Of a stretch of 64,000 nt of DNA, positions 53,169-62,247 are shown piece after piece. Source of the stretch: an uncultured Gemmatimonadales bacterium (lineage in GTDB: Bacteria > Gemmatimonadota > Gemmatimonadetes > Gemmatimonadales > GWC2-71-9); contig CAVPHS010000001.1 of assembly GCA_963704805.1 (NCBI GenBank), forward strand, positions 850,496 through 914,495, in the 5' to 3' direction. Positions within the stretch are counted from its first letter, which is position 1; each line of letters opens with the position of its first letter. The notes under the pieces were generated by a model. That model was not told where the DNA came from, searched no databases, and was given only the letters and a program-made list of their open reading frames with translations. The position numbers were made by a program, and so were the translations under genes.

Positions 53169-54280
53169 GCGGGCCGAATCTCCACTCACGCATTGAGCAG
53201 GCGCTGGGCGAAATCACGAATCCTCGACTGGGCAAAAACCTCGTGGCGTCCGGTATGGTGCGGGATCTGACCGTCGATGAGCAGGGTTCCGTGAGCTTCA
53301 CGTTCGTGCTCACGCGCGACGATCCCGGCGCATTGGCGCGCCAGGCGCGCAAAGCCGTCGAAGGCGTGCAGGGTGTCACGGGTGTGAAAATGAGCGTCGT
53401 GGACTCGGCCGATGGTGGAGGTGGACCGCCCGGCCGGCCGGCGCCCCGTCCGACCGCTGCTGCGCCTCCGGCACCGCCCACCCCGGACGAGTTGCCCAAC
53501 CTGGGCAAGGTGCTCGCCATCTCGAGCGGCAAGGGGGGAGTCGGCAAGTCGACGGTGTCGGCGAATCTCGCGGCGGCATTGGCACTCGAGGGGCATCGTG
53601 TCGGCCTGATGGATGCCGACATCTACGGTCCGAACATCCCACGGATGTTCGGCGTGGACACGAAGCCGGAGGTGCAGGGAGGAAAGATCCAGCCGCTCGA
53701 GGCGCATGGTGTGAAGCTCATGTCGCTCGGCTTCATCGTGGAGCGCGACGCCCCCGCGATCTGGCGCGGTCCCATCATCATGAAGATCATCACGCAATTC
53801 CTGCGTGACGTCGCCTGGGGCGAGCTGGACTATTTCCTCGTCGACCTTCCCCCCGGCACCGGTGACGCCCAGTTGTCACTCACCCAGATCGTGCGACTGC
53901 ATGGCGCGCTGATCGTGACGACGCCGCAGGAAATGGCGGTGGGTGATTCGCTGCGCGGTGCCAAGATGTTCGAGCGTGTGGGCGTCAAGATCATCGGAAT
54001 CGTCGAGAACATGAGCTACTTCGTATGCCCGCATTGCCACACGCGCTCCGAGCTGTTCCTGGCGGGCGGGGGTGCGCGTCTGGCCGAGGAGCTGCGGGTT
54101 CCGCTGCTCGGTCAGGTGCCGCTGCAGGCCGGCCTGGCCGATCTGGCCGATCGCGGCAAGCCGATCGTGATCGGCGAGCCCGATTCCCCGGCCGGCGTCG
54201 CGCTACGCAATCTCGCTCGGACGGTCACCACGCGGGCCGCCGGCTTATCGCCCGCGCTGCCCATCACCGCGCCGCGCTGA
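53165..54280 (+). CDS. apbC: Fe-S cluster carrier ATPase Mrp/ApbC with N-terminal DUF59
   Basis: Contains SGKGGVGKST and the CPHC motif. A Pro/Ala-rich linker follows the DUF59 domain. Confidence 0.9.
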   Translation: MSGPNLHSRIEQALGEITNPRLGKNLVASGMVRDLTVDEQGSVSFTFVLTRDDPGALARQARKAVEGVQGVTGVKMSVVDSADGGGGPPGRPAPRPTAAAPPAPPTPDELPNLGKVLAISSGKGGVGKSTVSANLAAALALEGHRVGLMDADIYGPNIPRMFGVDTKPEVQGGKIQPLEAHGVKLMSLGFIVERDAPAIWRGPIIMKIITQFLRDVAWGELDYFLVDLPPGTGDAQLSLTQIVRLHGALIVTTPQEMAVGDSLRGAKMFERVGVKIIGIVENMSYFVCPHCHTRSELFLAGGGARLAEELRVPLLGQVPLQAGLADLADRGKPIVIGEPDSPAGVALRNLARTVTTRAAGLSPALPITAPR

Positions 54281-54294
54281 TCCGAGGGCCGGGA

Positions 54295-55218
54295 ATGGGT
54301 GGCATCGGGGTGGTGGCCGGCATCGCACTGATGCTCCAAAGCGTTCAACCCTCCGCTCCGGACGCCCAGTCGCGGGACGCCCTGCGCGCCGGTCTCGACA
54401 CGCTGTACGGTGGCGACTTCGCGCGTGCGGCCGCGTATTTCGAGGCACTGGCGCACCGCGATACGACCGATCCCGCGCCACTGGTGTTTCAGGCGGGCGC
54501 CTACATTTGGTGGGGGGCGGCACTCGATTCCGTCGCGTACGAGCTGCCGCGGGTGGACTCGCTGCTCACGCTGGCGATGGCGCGCGCTCGCGCGAGGGCC
54601 GACGGAACGGGCGAATTCTGGCTCGCCACCGCCCTTGGTTATCGCGCGCGCCAGCGGGAGGAGAACGGTCACGGGTTCAGCGCGGCTAAAGACGCGAAGG
54701 CGATGCGCGACATCTACGGCCGGCTGCTGGCTGCGGACTCTGCCTGCTACGACTGTTATCTGGGGCTTGGCGTCTACGACTACGGCCTTGCCCGCGCGAG
54801 CGCGTTGGCGCGGGTGGTCGGGCGAATCATAGGCTTGGGGAGCGGGAACGCGGAGCGGGGCATCCGCTACATGCGCCGCGCCGCGCACGACGGTGATCTC
54901 GCGCGCGTCGAGGCCACGTGGGTACTGGCGGCGGCGCTCATGCGCGAGGCCGCACGCGATCCCCCGGGACGCGCCGTCCTCGAGCGCGAAGCGCGCGGCT
55001 ACGTCGAAACGTTGGCCGCGCGCTATCCCGGGAATCCGGTGTTTCAGCGCTTCTTGAGAGAGACGACTGGCTCGCCCTCAGCGGGAGAAGCGGTACGACC
55101 TGCGGCTGCGCGATGGAGACACGCGGCGCTCGACGCGGCGAATGGTCCAAGGCACGCTCCACCCCCTTCTTGCGCGCAATCTGAGGTTGAGTTGATCCGC
55201 CGTGAATCCATCTTTTAG
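54295..55218 (+). CDS. Hypothetical helical-repeat protein
   Basis: ATG 54295 follows the apbC stop. Hydrophobic N-terminus MGGIGVVAGIALMLQ and TPR-like helical composition. No family recognised. Confidence 0.5.
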   Translation: MGGIGVVAGIALMLQSVQPSAPDAQSRDALRAGLDTLYGGDFARAAAYFEALAHRDTTDPAPLVFQAGAYIWWGAALDSVAYELPRVDSLLTLAMARARARADGTGEFWLATALGYRARQREENGHGFSAAKDAKAMRDIYGRLLAADSACYDCYLGLGVYDYGLARASALARVVGRIIGLGSGNAERGIRYMRRAAHDGDLARVEATWVLAAALMREAARDPPGRAVLEREARGYVETLAARYPGNPVFQRFLRETTGSPSAGEAVRPAAARWRHAALDAANGPRHAPPPSCAQSEVELIRRESIF

Positions 55219-55228
55219 CTTAGGCCAG

Positions 55229-56605
55229 ATGAGTCAATCGCTGCGGCGCGTGGGGTTGCTCGTCGGCTTGGCGATGGTCTACTACTTTGCCGCCAAGCTG
55301 GGACTCCGATTCGCATTCATCAACAGTTCGGTCACCGCGGTCTGGCCGCCGGCTGGTATCGCGCTCGCGGCATTCGTGCTTTTCGGATATCGAGTCTGGC
55401 CGGCGATTTTCGGCGCCGCCTTCCTCGCGAACGTCACGACGACGGGCGCCGTGCTGCCGTCCATCGGGATCGCGGTCGGTAATACAGTGGAAGGGCTGCT
55501 CGGCTCCTACCTGGTCAACCGGTTCGCCCGCGGCGGGCGGGTGTTCGACCGGGTGCGCGACATTTTCCGATTCACGGCGCTCGCGGCGCTGCTCAGCACG
55601 ATGGTGAGCGCCACGATCGGCGTCGTATCACTCGGTGCCGGTGGGTTGCTCGCGTGGTCTTCCGCGCCGCGAGTGTGGCTCACCTGGTGGCTGGGCGACG
55701 CAGTCGGCGACATCGTCCTTGCCCCGGCCCTGATCCTGTGGATCGGCGTCAAGCCGACGAGGGGCCTGGGTCGCACTCAGGTGCTCGAGGCGATTGGCGC
55801 GGCGCTCGTCACGGTGCTGGTGACGTTCGCGATCTTCGGCGGACTGTTTCCCTCGCGTGGCTACTCGCTGACGGTCTTGCTCTGGCCGATGTTGATCTGG
55901 GCGGCTTTCCGCTTCGGACCGCGCGAGGCGTCCACCGCGATTCTGCTCATCTCGCTCATCGCCATCTTCCGCACGGTCCACGGCCACGGTCCGTTCGGTC
56001 ACTTTCCCACCGGCGAATCGCTGATCCTGCTGCAGGTGTGGACCGGCGTCACCGCCGTCACGAGTCTCGTCCTCGCGGCGGTCGTCGCGGCGCAGCGCGA
56101 CGTCGAAGGCACGTGGCGCGAGCTGGCCGTCACCGATCCGTTGACGGGTCTCGCCAATCATCGTCAGCTGGTGAACGCGCTCGAGGCCGAGATCAAGCGC
56201 TCCCGCCGTACCGCGCAGCCACTGGCCGTGGTGCTGCTCGACCTCGATGGACTGAAGCAGATCAACGACCGGCACGGCCACCTCGCCGGCAGCCTCGCGA
56301 TCCGACGCGTCGCGGAGGCGCTGCTCGGCTCGTGCCGCGCGACGGATACGGCGGCGCGCTTCGGGGGCGATGAATTCGCGCTGGTGTTGCCCGAGACCGG
56401 CGAAGCCGCCGCCTGGCACGTGGCCCGGGGCGTCGTGGATCGGCTGGCCACGGACGCCGAGAAGCCGAACTTGTCCATCAGCGTCGGGGTAGCAGTCTAC
56501 CCCGGGCACGGTGAGACGGTTGAGGCATTGCTGAACGCAGCCGATGTCGCGTTGTACGAGACCAAGGAGCGGCGCAAGACACGAGCCGCCGGTCTTGCTC
56601 CCTAA
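55229..56605 (+). CDS. MASE1-GGDEF diguanylate cyclase
   Basis: About 8 N-terminal TM segments with a MASE1-like start (YYFAAKLGLRFAF). GGDEF (RFGGDEFALV) with the RxxD I-site RATD. ATG 55229 is preferred over GTG 55202. Confidence 0.85.
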   Translation: MSQSLRRVGLLVGLAMVYYFAAKLGLRFAFINSSVTAVWPPAGIALAAFVLFGYRVWPAIFGAAFLANVTTTGAVLPSIGIAVGNTVEGLLGSYLVNRFARGGRVFDRVRDIFRFTALAALLSTMVSATIGVVSLGAGGLLAWSSAPRVWLTWWLGDAVGDIVLAPALILWIGVKPTRGLGRTQVLEAIGAALVTVLVTFAIFGGLFPSRGYSLTVLLWPMLIWAAFRFGPREASTAILLISLIAIFRTVHGHGPFGHFPTGESLILLQVWTGVTAVTSLVLAAVVAAQRDVEGTWRELAVTDPLTGLANHRQLVNALEAEIKRSRRTAQPLAVVLLDLDGLKQINDRHGHLAGSLAIRRVAEALLGSCRATDTAARFGGDEFALVLPETGEAAAWHVARGVVDRLATDAEKPNLSISVGVAVYPGHGETVEALLNAADVALYETKERRKTRAAGLAP

Positions 56606-56628
56606 ACCCACCCCACTAGGTTTGGACC

Positions 56629-57561
56629 ATGGCCGACACCAAGAGAAGCATGAGCGTATCGGCGCGCGCCCCTGAGCCCCCGCCGCTGTCCGAGTCGTCC
56701 GCGGGCCTGCTGCGCGAGCTGGTCGCGCACCTGCGCCAGAACCGCACGCAGCTGCGCGAGGAATGGGCGCGACGCATCACGCGAGCCGAGCTGCTGACGG
56801 CGATGACCGAAGAGGAAATCTTCGCCGAAGCCACCGCCGTGTACGACAACTACGTGGAAGCGCTCGAGACGGGAACCTTCGAGGCCCTGCAAGCCTACTC
56901 GCGCCGGCTGTCGGAGCGCATCATCCCGCGAGGCGTTGAAACCGACGAAGTCGTCGGTATCGTGCTCTTACTCCGTGACGTGCTCGCCCGCTCGCTGTTC
57001 ACCAAGTACCAGGACAACGTCGAAAAACTGAACCGGATTCTCGACTCTTACGAGCCCGCGGCGAACCGGATCGCGAACACGGTGGCCGTCGGATTCGTGG
57101 AAGAGCGCGAGCGCATCATCCGCCAGCAACAGGAAGCGATCCGGGAGCTGTCCACGCCAGTGCTACAGGTGCGCGAGCGGCTTCTCATTCTGCCCATCAT
57201 CGGCGTGATCGACCCGCAGCGCGCGCGGCAGCTGACCGAGCAGCTCCTGCGCGCGATTCGCGCCAACCGCGCCAAGGTCGTCGTGATCGACGTGACCGGT
57301 GTGGCGGCCATGGACTCCGGCGTCGCAAACCACCTGGTCCAGACGGTCGAAGCGTCCCGCCTCCTGGGCGCCACCGTCATCGTGACCGGCCTGTCGCCGG
57401 AAATCGCGCAGACCCTCGTGACGATCGGAGTCGACCTCAGCGAAATGGCCACGGTGGGTGACCTGCAGGGAGGCATTGAAGAGGCCGAGCGGTTGCTCGC
57501 CGACCGGGCTGCGCCGACGTTGGCCCCGGCACGCGAGATCGCGCCTGAGTCGACGCGTTAG
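56629..57561 (+). CDS. rsbR: RsbR-like stressosome sensor (globin-like N-domain + STAS)
   Basis: The STAS segment LSTPVLQVRERLLILPIIGVID...VVVIDVTGVAAMDSGVANHL matches the RsbR pattern, including the Thr/Ser phospho-sites. Confidence 0.85.
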   Translation: MADTKRSMSVSARAPEPPPLSESSAGLLRELVAHLRQNRTQLREEWARRITRAELLTAMTEEEIFAEATAVYDNYVEALETGTFEALQAYSRRLSERIIPRGVETDEVVGIVLLLRDVLARSLFTKYQDNVEKLNRILDSYEPAANRIANTVAVGFVEERERIIRQQQEAIRELSTPVLQVRERLLILPIIGVIDPQRARQLTEQLLRAIRANRAKVVVIDVTGVAAMDSGVANHLVQTVEASRLLGATVIVTGLSPEIAQTLVTIGVDLSEMATVGDLQGGIEEAERLLADRAAPTLAPAREIAPESTR

Positions 57562-57587
57562 CCCCCCTCGAGCTTTCGGAGGACGCA

Positions 57588-57986
57588 GTGGAAGTACCTA
57601 TTCTGCGACAGGGGCAATATCTCATCGCGTCGATTCAGTCTGCCCTCACTGACGCCGATCTTTCTCATCTTCGCGAAGCGCTGATCGCCCAGGTGGGTCG
57701 GTCGCGCTGCCGTGGCGTCATCGTCGACGTCACGGCGCTCGATGTCATGGACTCCTTTGCCGTCCGCACGCTGCGCGACATCGCGCATATGGCGCGCCTG
57801 CGCGGCGCGGAGACGGTGATCGTGGGCATCCAGCCCGACGTCGCGTTCGCAATGGTGCAGCTCGGCCTGACGCTCAAAGGTGTGGCTACCGTGCTCGACC
57901 TCGAGGAGGGGCTCGCCTTCCTGGACGGCCGCACCAAAGAGCGGACTCTCGAAGTGAAACCGAAGCGTCCGAGCGGCCGTGGGTGA
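57588..57986 (+). CDS. rsbS: RsbS-like STAS scaffold protein
   Basis: VPILRQGQYLIASIQ...VIVDVTALDVMDSFAVRTL, with the conserved Ser in the DS motif. GGAGGA lies 8 nt upstream of the GTG start. Confidence 0.85.
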   Translation: MEVPILRQGQYLIASIQSALTDADLSHLREALIAQVGRSRCRGVIVDVTALDVMDSFAVRTLRDIAHMARLRGAETVIVGIQPDVAFAMVQLGLTLKGVATVLDLEEGLAFLDGRTKERTLEVKPKRPSGRG

Positions 57987-58386
57987 AGAGCTTCGCCTCA
58001 CGATTGCTGCCGACGTCGATGTCGTTGAAGCACGACAGCAAGGACGCGCGTTAGCGGCAGTCGCTGGATTCTCGAGCGGCGAGCAGACCGTCATTGCCGC
58101 CGCGATCTCGGAAATCGCCCGCAACATCCTCATGTATGCAAAGAAGGGCGAGATCACCCTGAGTCTCGTCCAGAACGGGGATCGTCAGGGCGTGTCGATC
58201 GTCGCCATGGATCAGGGCCCCGGCATCGCCGATCTCGACCGTGCCATGCAGTACGGCTATTCGACGTCACACGGTGTCGGTGCCGGGCTCCCCGGCGCCA
58301 AGCGATTGATGGACGAGTTCGACCTCAAGTCGGTGGTGGGGCAGGGCACGACGGTCACGATGAAGAAATGGCGCCGCGCGAACTGA
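57979..58386 (+). CDS. rsbT: RsbT-like serine kinase (HATPase_c anti-sigma regulatory factor)
   Basis: 135 aa containing ISEIARNILMYAKKGEI...DQGPGI...GLPGAKRLMDEF. Confidence 0.85.
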   Translation: MGEELRLTIAADVDVVEARQQGRALAAVAGFSSGEQTVIAAAISEIARNILMYAKKGEITLSLVQNGDRQGVSIVAMDQGPGIADLDRAMQYGYSTSHGVGAGLPGAKRLMDEFDLKSVVGQGTTVTMKKWRRAN

Positions 58387-58973
58387 CGATCGAAGCGGCG
58401 TTCGCCGAACTGCCGCTTCTCGGCCAGGTCGAGTCAGGCGATCTCTGCCTTGTCAAACCTGTCGGCAAAGGGACGCTGCTCGCCGTGGTGGACGGGCTGG
58501 GCCACGGCCAGAACGCCGCGTCCGCGGCGCACGCCGCGGTCGGGGCGATCGAGCGCTATGCGCGCGAGCCGCTCGTCGAGATCGTGAAACGGTGTCACCA
58601 TGCACTCGTCGGGCTGCGCGGCGTCGTGCTGGGGCTCGCGTATCTCGATCCCCAAGCGGCGTCGATGACATGGCTCGGCGTCGGCAACATCGGTGGCGTC
58701 TTGCTCCGCGCCGACACCAAAGCGCGGCCATCACGGGTGTCGCTGGTGCCCAACGCCGGATTCATCGGCGCCGAGCAGCCGCATGCGACCGCGCGTGCCG
58801 TGCCGCTCACCGAACGCGACACCGTCGTGCTCTATTCGGACGGCGTGAAGGACGGATTCGCGGACTCGCTGGTGCTCGCCAACTCGGCGCAAGAGATCGC
58901 TGATTTCATCATCGCCCGGCACACCAAGGGCAACGACGACGCGCTCGCGCTGGTAGCTCGCTACGGCGCCTGA
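58368..58973 (+). CDS. PP2C/SpoIIE-type phosphatase (RsbX-like)
   Basis: 201 aa containing GDLCLVKPV..LLAVVDGLGHG...VVLYSDGV. Confidence 0.75.
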   Translation: MAPRELTIEAAFAELPLLGQVESGDLCLVKPVGKGTLLAVVDGLGHGQNAASAAHAAVGAIERYAREPLVEIVKRCHHALVGLRGVVLGLAYLDPQAASMTWLGVGNIGGVLLRADTKARPSRVSLVPNAGFIGAEQPHATARAVPLTERDTVVLYSDGVKDGFADSLVLANSAQEIADFIIARHTKGNDDALALVARYGA

Positions 58974-59040
58974 TCTTCCCGAAATAGCGGCAACCAGCCG
59001 TGCCGCCGGCGCGCTCACGACCGGGCCGCTGCGGCCCATC

Positions 59041-60324
59041 GTGTTACGCCTGGCGGCTCCGGCCGTCGCGATGATGGCCTGCCACTTCTCGTTCAACCTC
59101 ATCGACAGCATTTGGGTGGGGCGTCTGCTGGGCCCGGCCGCGCTGGCCGCGGTTTCGACCGCCGGCTTCTACGTCTGGGTCGCGCTCAGCCTGGGCGAGA
59201 TGGTGGAAATCGGCCTGATCGCCGTTGCGGCCCGCCGCCATGGTGAGGGGGATCCCGAGCGCGCCGCCCGCGCGGCGGCTGCGGCGGTCGTGTATGCGCT
59301 GGCCGCCGGCCTCATCGTCAGCGTCGTGGGATTGCTGCTCGCGGACACGCTGTTTCGAGTGATGAAGGTCCCGCCGGATGTCGCATCGCTTGGACACGCG
59401 TATCTGTCGACCTGGTTGCTGGGCGGGCCGTTGGTCTTCGGTTTTTTTGCCATCGAAGCGACGTTCCGCGCGGCGGGAGACACGCGCACGCCGTTCCTGA
59501 TGCTCGCGGGGTCGGTGTGCGTGTCGATCGTGCTCGATCCGTTACTCATCGCCGGCGTGGGCCCCTTTCCGCGGCTTGGCATCGAGGGCGCGGCGCTCGC
59601 CTCTGTCATGGTGCGTGGTGGAGGGTTCCTGATCGGGTGCATCATCGCGCTGCGGCGCGGGTTGCTGCGCGTGACCGCGCCGGACTGGCGCGCCTTGCCC
59701 ACGATCGTGCGAATCGGAATGCCGCTCTCGCTCGCGGGGGTGTTGCTCTCGGTCATCTATATGTGGCTCACGCGGTTCACGGCACGGTTCGGGACCGCGG
59801 CGCTCGCCGCGCTCGGGGTGGGGCACAAGATGGAAGGGCTTGGCTTCATCGCGATCAGCGGGTTCTCGCTCGCGGCGAGCGCGCTGGTCGGCCAAAACCT
59901 CGGCGCCCGCCAGGAGGCACGGGCCCAGGAAGCGGTGCGACTGACTGTGAGCTACTGCCTCGTCGTCACGGTCACGACCGCCCTCGCTTTTCTCCTCATT
60001 CCCGGAAGACTGGTCGCGCTGTTCACTCGCGATCCCCAGGTGATCGCCGACGGCGTCCTGTATCTGCGGGTCATCTCGTTCGCGCAAATCGGTCAGAGCT
60101 TCGAGCTGATCCTGGAAGGCGCGCTCGCCGGCGCGGGGTACACGTTCTGGCCCCAGATTGTCAGCACCACGCTGACGACGCTGCGGATCCCGCTGGCCGC
60201 GTGGTGGTCGCGCGCGTTCGGGCTGCTTGGCATCTGGCTGGCGCTGAGTGTAACCGCGATCTCCAGGGGCGTCGCCATGATCCTGTTTTGGAAGAGTGGG
60301 AGGTGGCGTGCGACAACCGTCTGA
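59041..60324 (+). CDS. MATE-family efflux transporter
   Basis: 427 aa, 12 TM segments. The conserved N-terminal motif appears to extend upstream of GTG 59041 (see findings). Confidence 0.88.
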   Translation: MLRLAAPAVAMMACHFSFNLIDSIWVGRLLGPAALAAVSTAGFYVWVALSLGEMVEIGLIAVAARRHGEGDPERAARAAAAAVVYALAAGLIVSVVGLLLADTLFRVMKVPPDVASLGHAYLSTWLLGGPLVFGFFAIEATFRAAGDTRTPFLMLAGSVCVSIVLDPLLIAGVGPFPRLGIEGAALASVMVRGGGFLIGCIIALRRGLLRVTAPDWRALPTIVRIGMPLSLAGVLLSVIYMWLTRFTARFGTAALAALGVGHKMEGLGFIAISGFSLAASALVGQNLGARQEARAQEAVRLTVSYCLVVTVTTALAFLLIPGRLVALFTRDPQVIADGVLYLRVISFAQIGQSFELILEGALAGAGYTFWPQIVSTTLTTLRIPLAAWWSRAFGLLGIWLALSVTAISRGVAMILFWKSGRWRATTV

Positions 60325-60330
60325 TGGCCG

Positions 60331-61071
60331 ATGCCGATAATCACGCTCCTCACGGACTTCGGTACGGCCGACAGCTACGTCGCCGAGATGAAGGCCGTGC
60401 TATTGTCGCGAAAGGCGGACCTCACGCTCGTCGACATCTCGCACGAGGTCCCGCCCGGAGATGTGCGCGCTGGCCAATACCTGTTGAGTCGCGCCTGGAA
60501 ACACTTCCCCAGCACCACGATTCATGTCGCGGTCATCGACCCGGGCGTCGGAACGGAACGCCGCGCGATTGCCGCTGAGAGCGGGGGCCATCGTTTTCTG
60601 GCGCCGGACAACGGCTTGCTGTCGTTCTTGCCGGATGACGCCCGCTTCGTGTCGATCCTCGTGCCCGGGGACGCGTCCGCGACGTTTCATGGCCGCGACG
60701 TCTTCGCACCCGCCGCCGCGAGCCTCGCGAGCGGCGATCCGATCGACGCATTGGGCAGCAGCGTCGCGCGTCCCGTCCGCGCACCCTTGCCGGCGCCGCA
60801 TCACGATGGGACTGCAGTCGTGGGAGAGGTCATCTATGTGGATCGCTTCGGCACGCTGATCTCGAATATCATGCCATCAGCCGTCGAGCCGGGTGTCCGG
60901 ATTCGCGTCGGTGACGTCGATGTCGGCTCGCTGCGGCGTACGTTCGCGGACGCGGCTCGCGGCGCGCTGGTGGCATTTGGCGGTTCTGGTGGAACGGTCG
61001 AGATCGCGGTGCGCGACGGTAGTGCAGCGCGACTGTTGGGAGTCGGCGTCGGCACGGAGGTGCGGGCGTGA
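60331..61071 (+). CDS. SAM hydrolase / SAM-dependent halogenase family protein (DUF62)
   Basis: Starts MPIITLLTDFGTADSYVAEMKAV and contains HVAVIDPGVGT. Confidence 0.85.
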   Translation: MPIITLLTDFGTADSYVAEMKAVLLSRKADLTLVDISHEVPPGDVRAGQYLLSRAWKHFPSTTIHVAVIDPGVGTERRAIAAESGGHRFLAPDNGLLSFLPDDARFVSILVPGDASATFHGRDVFAPAAASLASGDPIDALGSSVARPVRAPLPAPHHDGTAVVGEVIYVDRFGTLISNIMPSAVEPGVRIRVGDVDVGSLRRTFADAARGALVAFGGSGGTVEIAVRDGSAARLLGVGVGTEVRA

Positions 61072-61931
61072 CGTCCCCGGTGAGGAAGGTGAGCGACGGC
61101 GAGCGACGCCTGGCTGGTTACCTGCGACTGTGTGATTACGTGATCTATGTCGGTCTCAGTGGGAGCGCGGCTACCTTCGTCTTTGGAGCACTGCGGGTCG
61201 CTGGGCTGAGCCTGGCTGTCGTATCGTTCGGCGCCGCGCTGAAACTTGCCGGTGTGATCGTCGCCTATCTCCTGATGTCGTCCCGCACCCCCAACGCCGA
61301 CATCGCACCGTGGATCAGACGCTGGACGCGCACGGCCAGCGTGTTGATGGGTCTCGCCGCAGTGTACGCGCTGATCGCCGGGCACGATGCCGCGACTCGG
61401 TTGCTCGCCGGCGCCATCATGTTTTTTGCCCTGCTGCTTTACCGCCGTGTCGGCTCAGTCGCGATTGGGGAGTTGAGCGAGGGTTGGGGGCCCCAGGGGG
61501 CCCAAGACATGTTCCTCGTCCGCGGCGTCTTGGGACCTGAGCTCGACGCCTGGTTGACGGGCATTTGGCTGGCGGGAGCGATCGTGGTTCGAGCGGCTAT
61601 GCCGAGTGCGTTCCAGCCGGCGCCGGTGAGTGCCGATGGGCTCAGGATGCGCGTGCTGGCGGCGGGCACCGCTGAGCTCCGGTACCACACCGCGCACCGC
61701 ACCTACTCGAGCGACATCGCCGAGCTGCGCCCGTTCGCGACAGGGGTCATCGATTCGCTCGTCGTGGTGACCGTCGATGGGCAGGGCTTTCGGGCGATTG
61801 CACGGGATCCGCGGGGGACGGTGACCTGCGGAATATGGGGCGGCGAGACGACGGGACTTCGAATCGCGGGAGCTGCTCTACTGCAGACGGTGTGTTGGAG
61901 GGATACGACGGCCGTAGGCGGAAATAAATAG
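61068..61931 (+). CDS. Hypothetical membrane protein
   Basis: 287 aa with 4-5 N-terminal TM segments and a soluble C-terminal domain. GTGA overlap with the upstream stop. No family recognised. Confidence 0.5.
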   Translation: MTSPVRKVSDGERRLAGYLRLCDYVIYVGLSGSAATFVFGALRVAGLSLAVVSFGAALKLAGVIVAYLLMSSRTPNADIAPWIRRWTRTASVLMGLAAVYALIAGHDAATRLLAGAIMFFALLLYRRVGSVAIGELSEGWGPQGAQDMFLVRGVLGPELDAWLTGIWLAGAIVVRAAMPSAFQPAPVSADGLRMRVLAAGTAELRYHTAHRTYSSDIAELRPFATGVIDSLVVVTVDGQGFRAIARDPRGTVTCGIWGGETTGLRIAGAALLQTVCWRDTTAVGGNK

Positions 61932-61952
61932 GGGCGCAGCTTGCTGCGCCCC
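61931..61952. terminator. Intrinsic-terminator-like hairpin between convergent genes
   Basis: The perfect 10-bp stem GGGGCGCAGC-TT-GCTGCGCCCC is flanked by GAAATAAATA on the left, which gives a U-rich tail for the minus-strand sigma/anti-sigma transcript. The right flank is GGTGTTCG. Confidence 0.6.
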
Positions 61953-61971
61953 GGTGTTCGCTCCTGCAATC

Positions 61972-62214
61972 CTACGCCGTCCAGTCGCCCGAGGGCATCG
62001 GCACTTTCACCTGCGCCATCACGCGATCGGCAAATCCGGCGGTTGGTGCAAAGGTGGGAAGCTGGACCAGCTCGAGTATGACTTTGCGCTCGCGGTCCGC
62101 TTCGACGCGGCACAGCGAGCAATCAGCGAGGTGCAGGGCCCGGGCAGCGGGAAGCAGTCCCTGTGCCCAGAGCTCGATTTCATCGGTAGTGAGATGCATG
62201 GCGGTGTCAGTCAT
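61972..62214 (-). CDS. Small ZAS-type anti-sigma factor (no TM segment)
   Basis: 80 aa with the H-x3-C-x2-C motif HLADCSLC. It lies 33 nt downstream of the ECF sigma gene. Confidence 0.65.
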   Translation of the reverse strand: MTDTAMHLTTDEIELWAQGLLPAARALHLADCSLCRVEADRERKVILELVQLPTFAPTAGFADRVMAQVKVPMPSGDWTA

Positions 62215-62247
62215 TGGGTGTCCTACGGTCTCGTAATTGGCTTGGTT

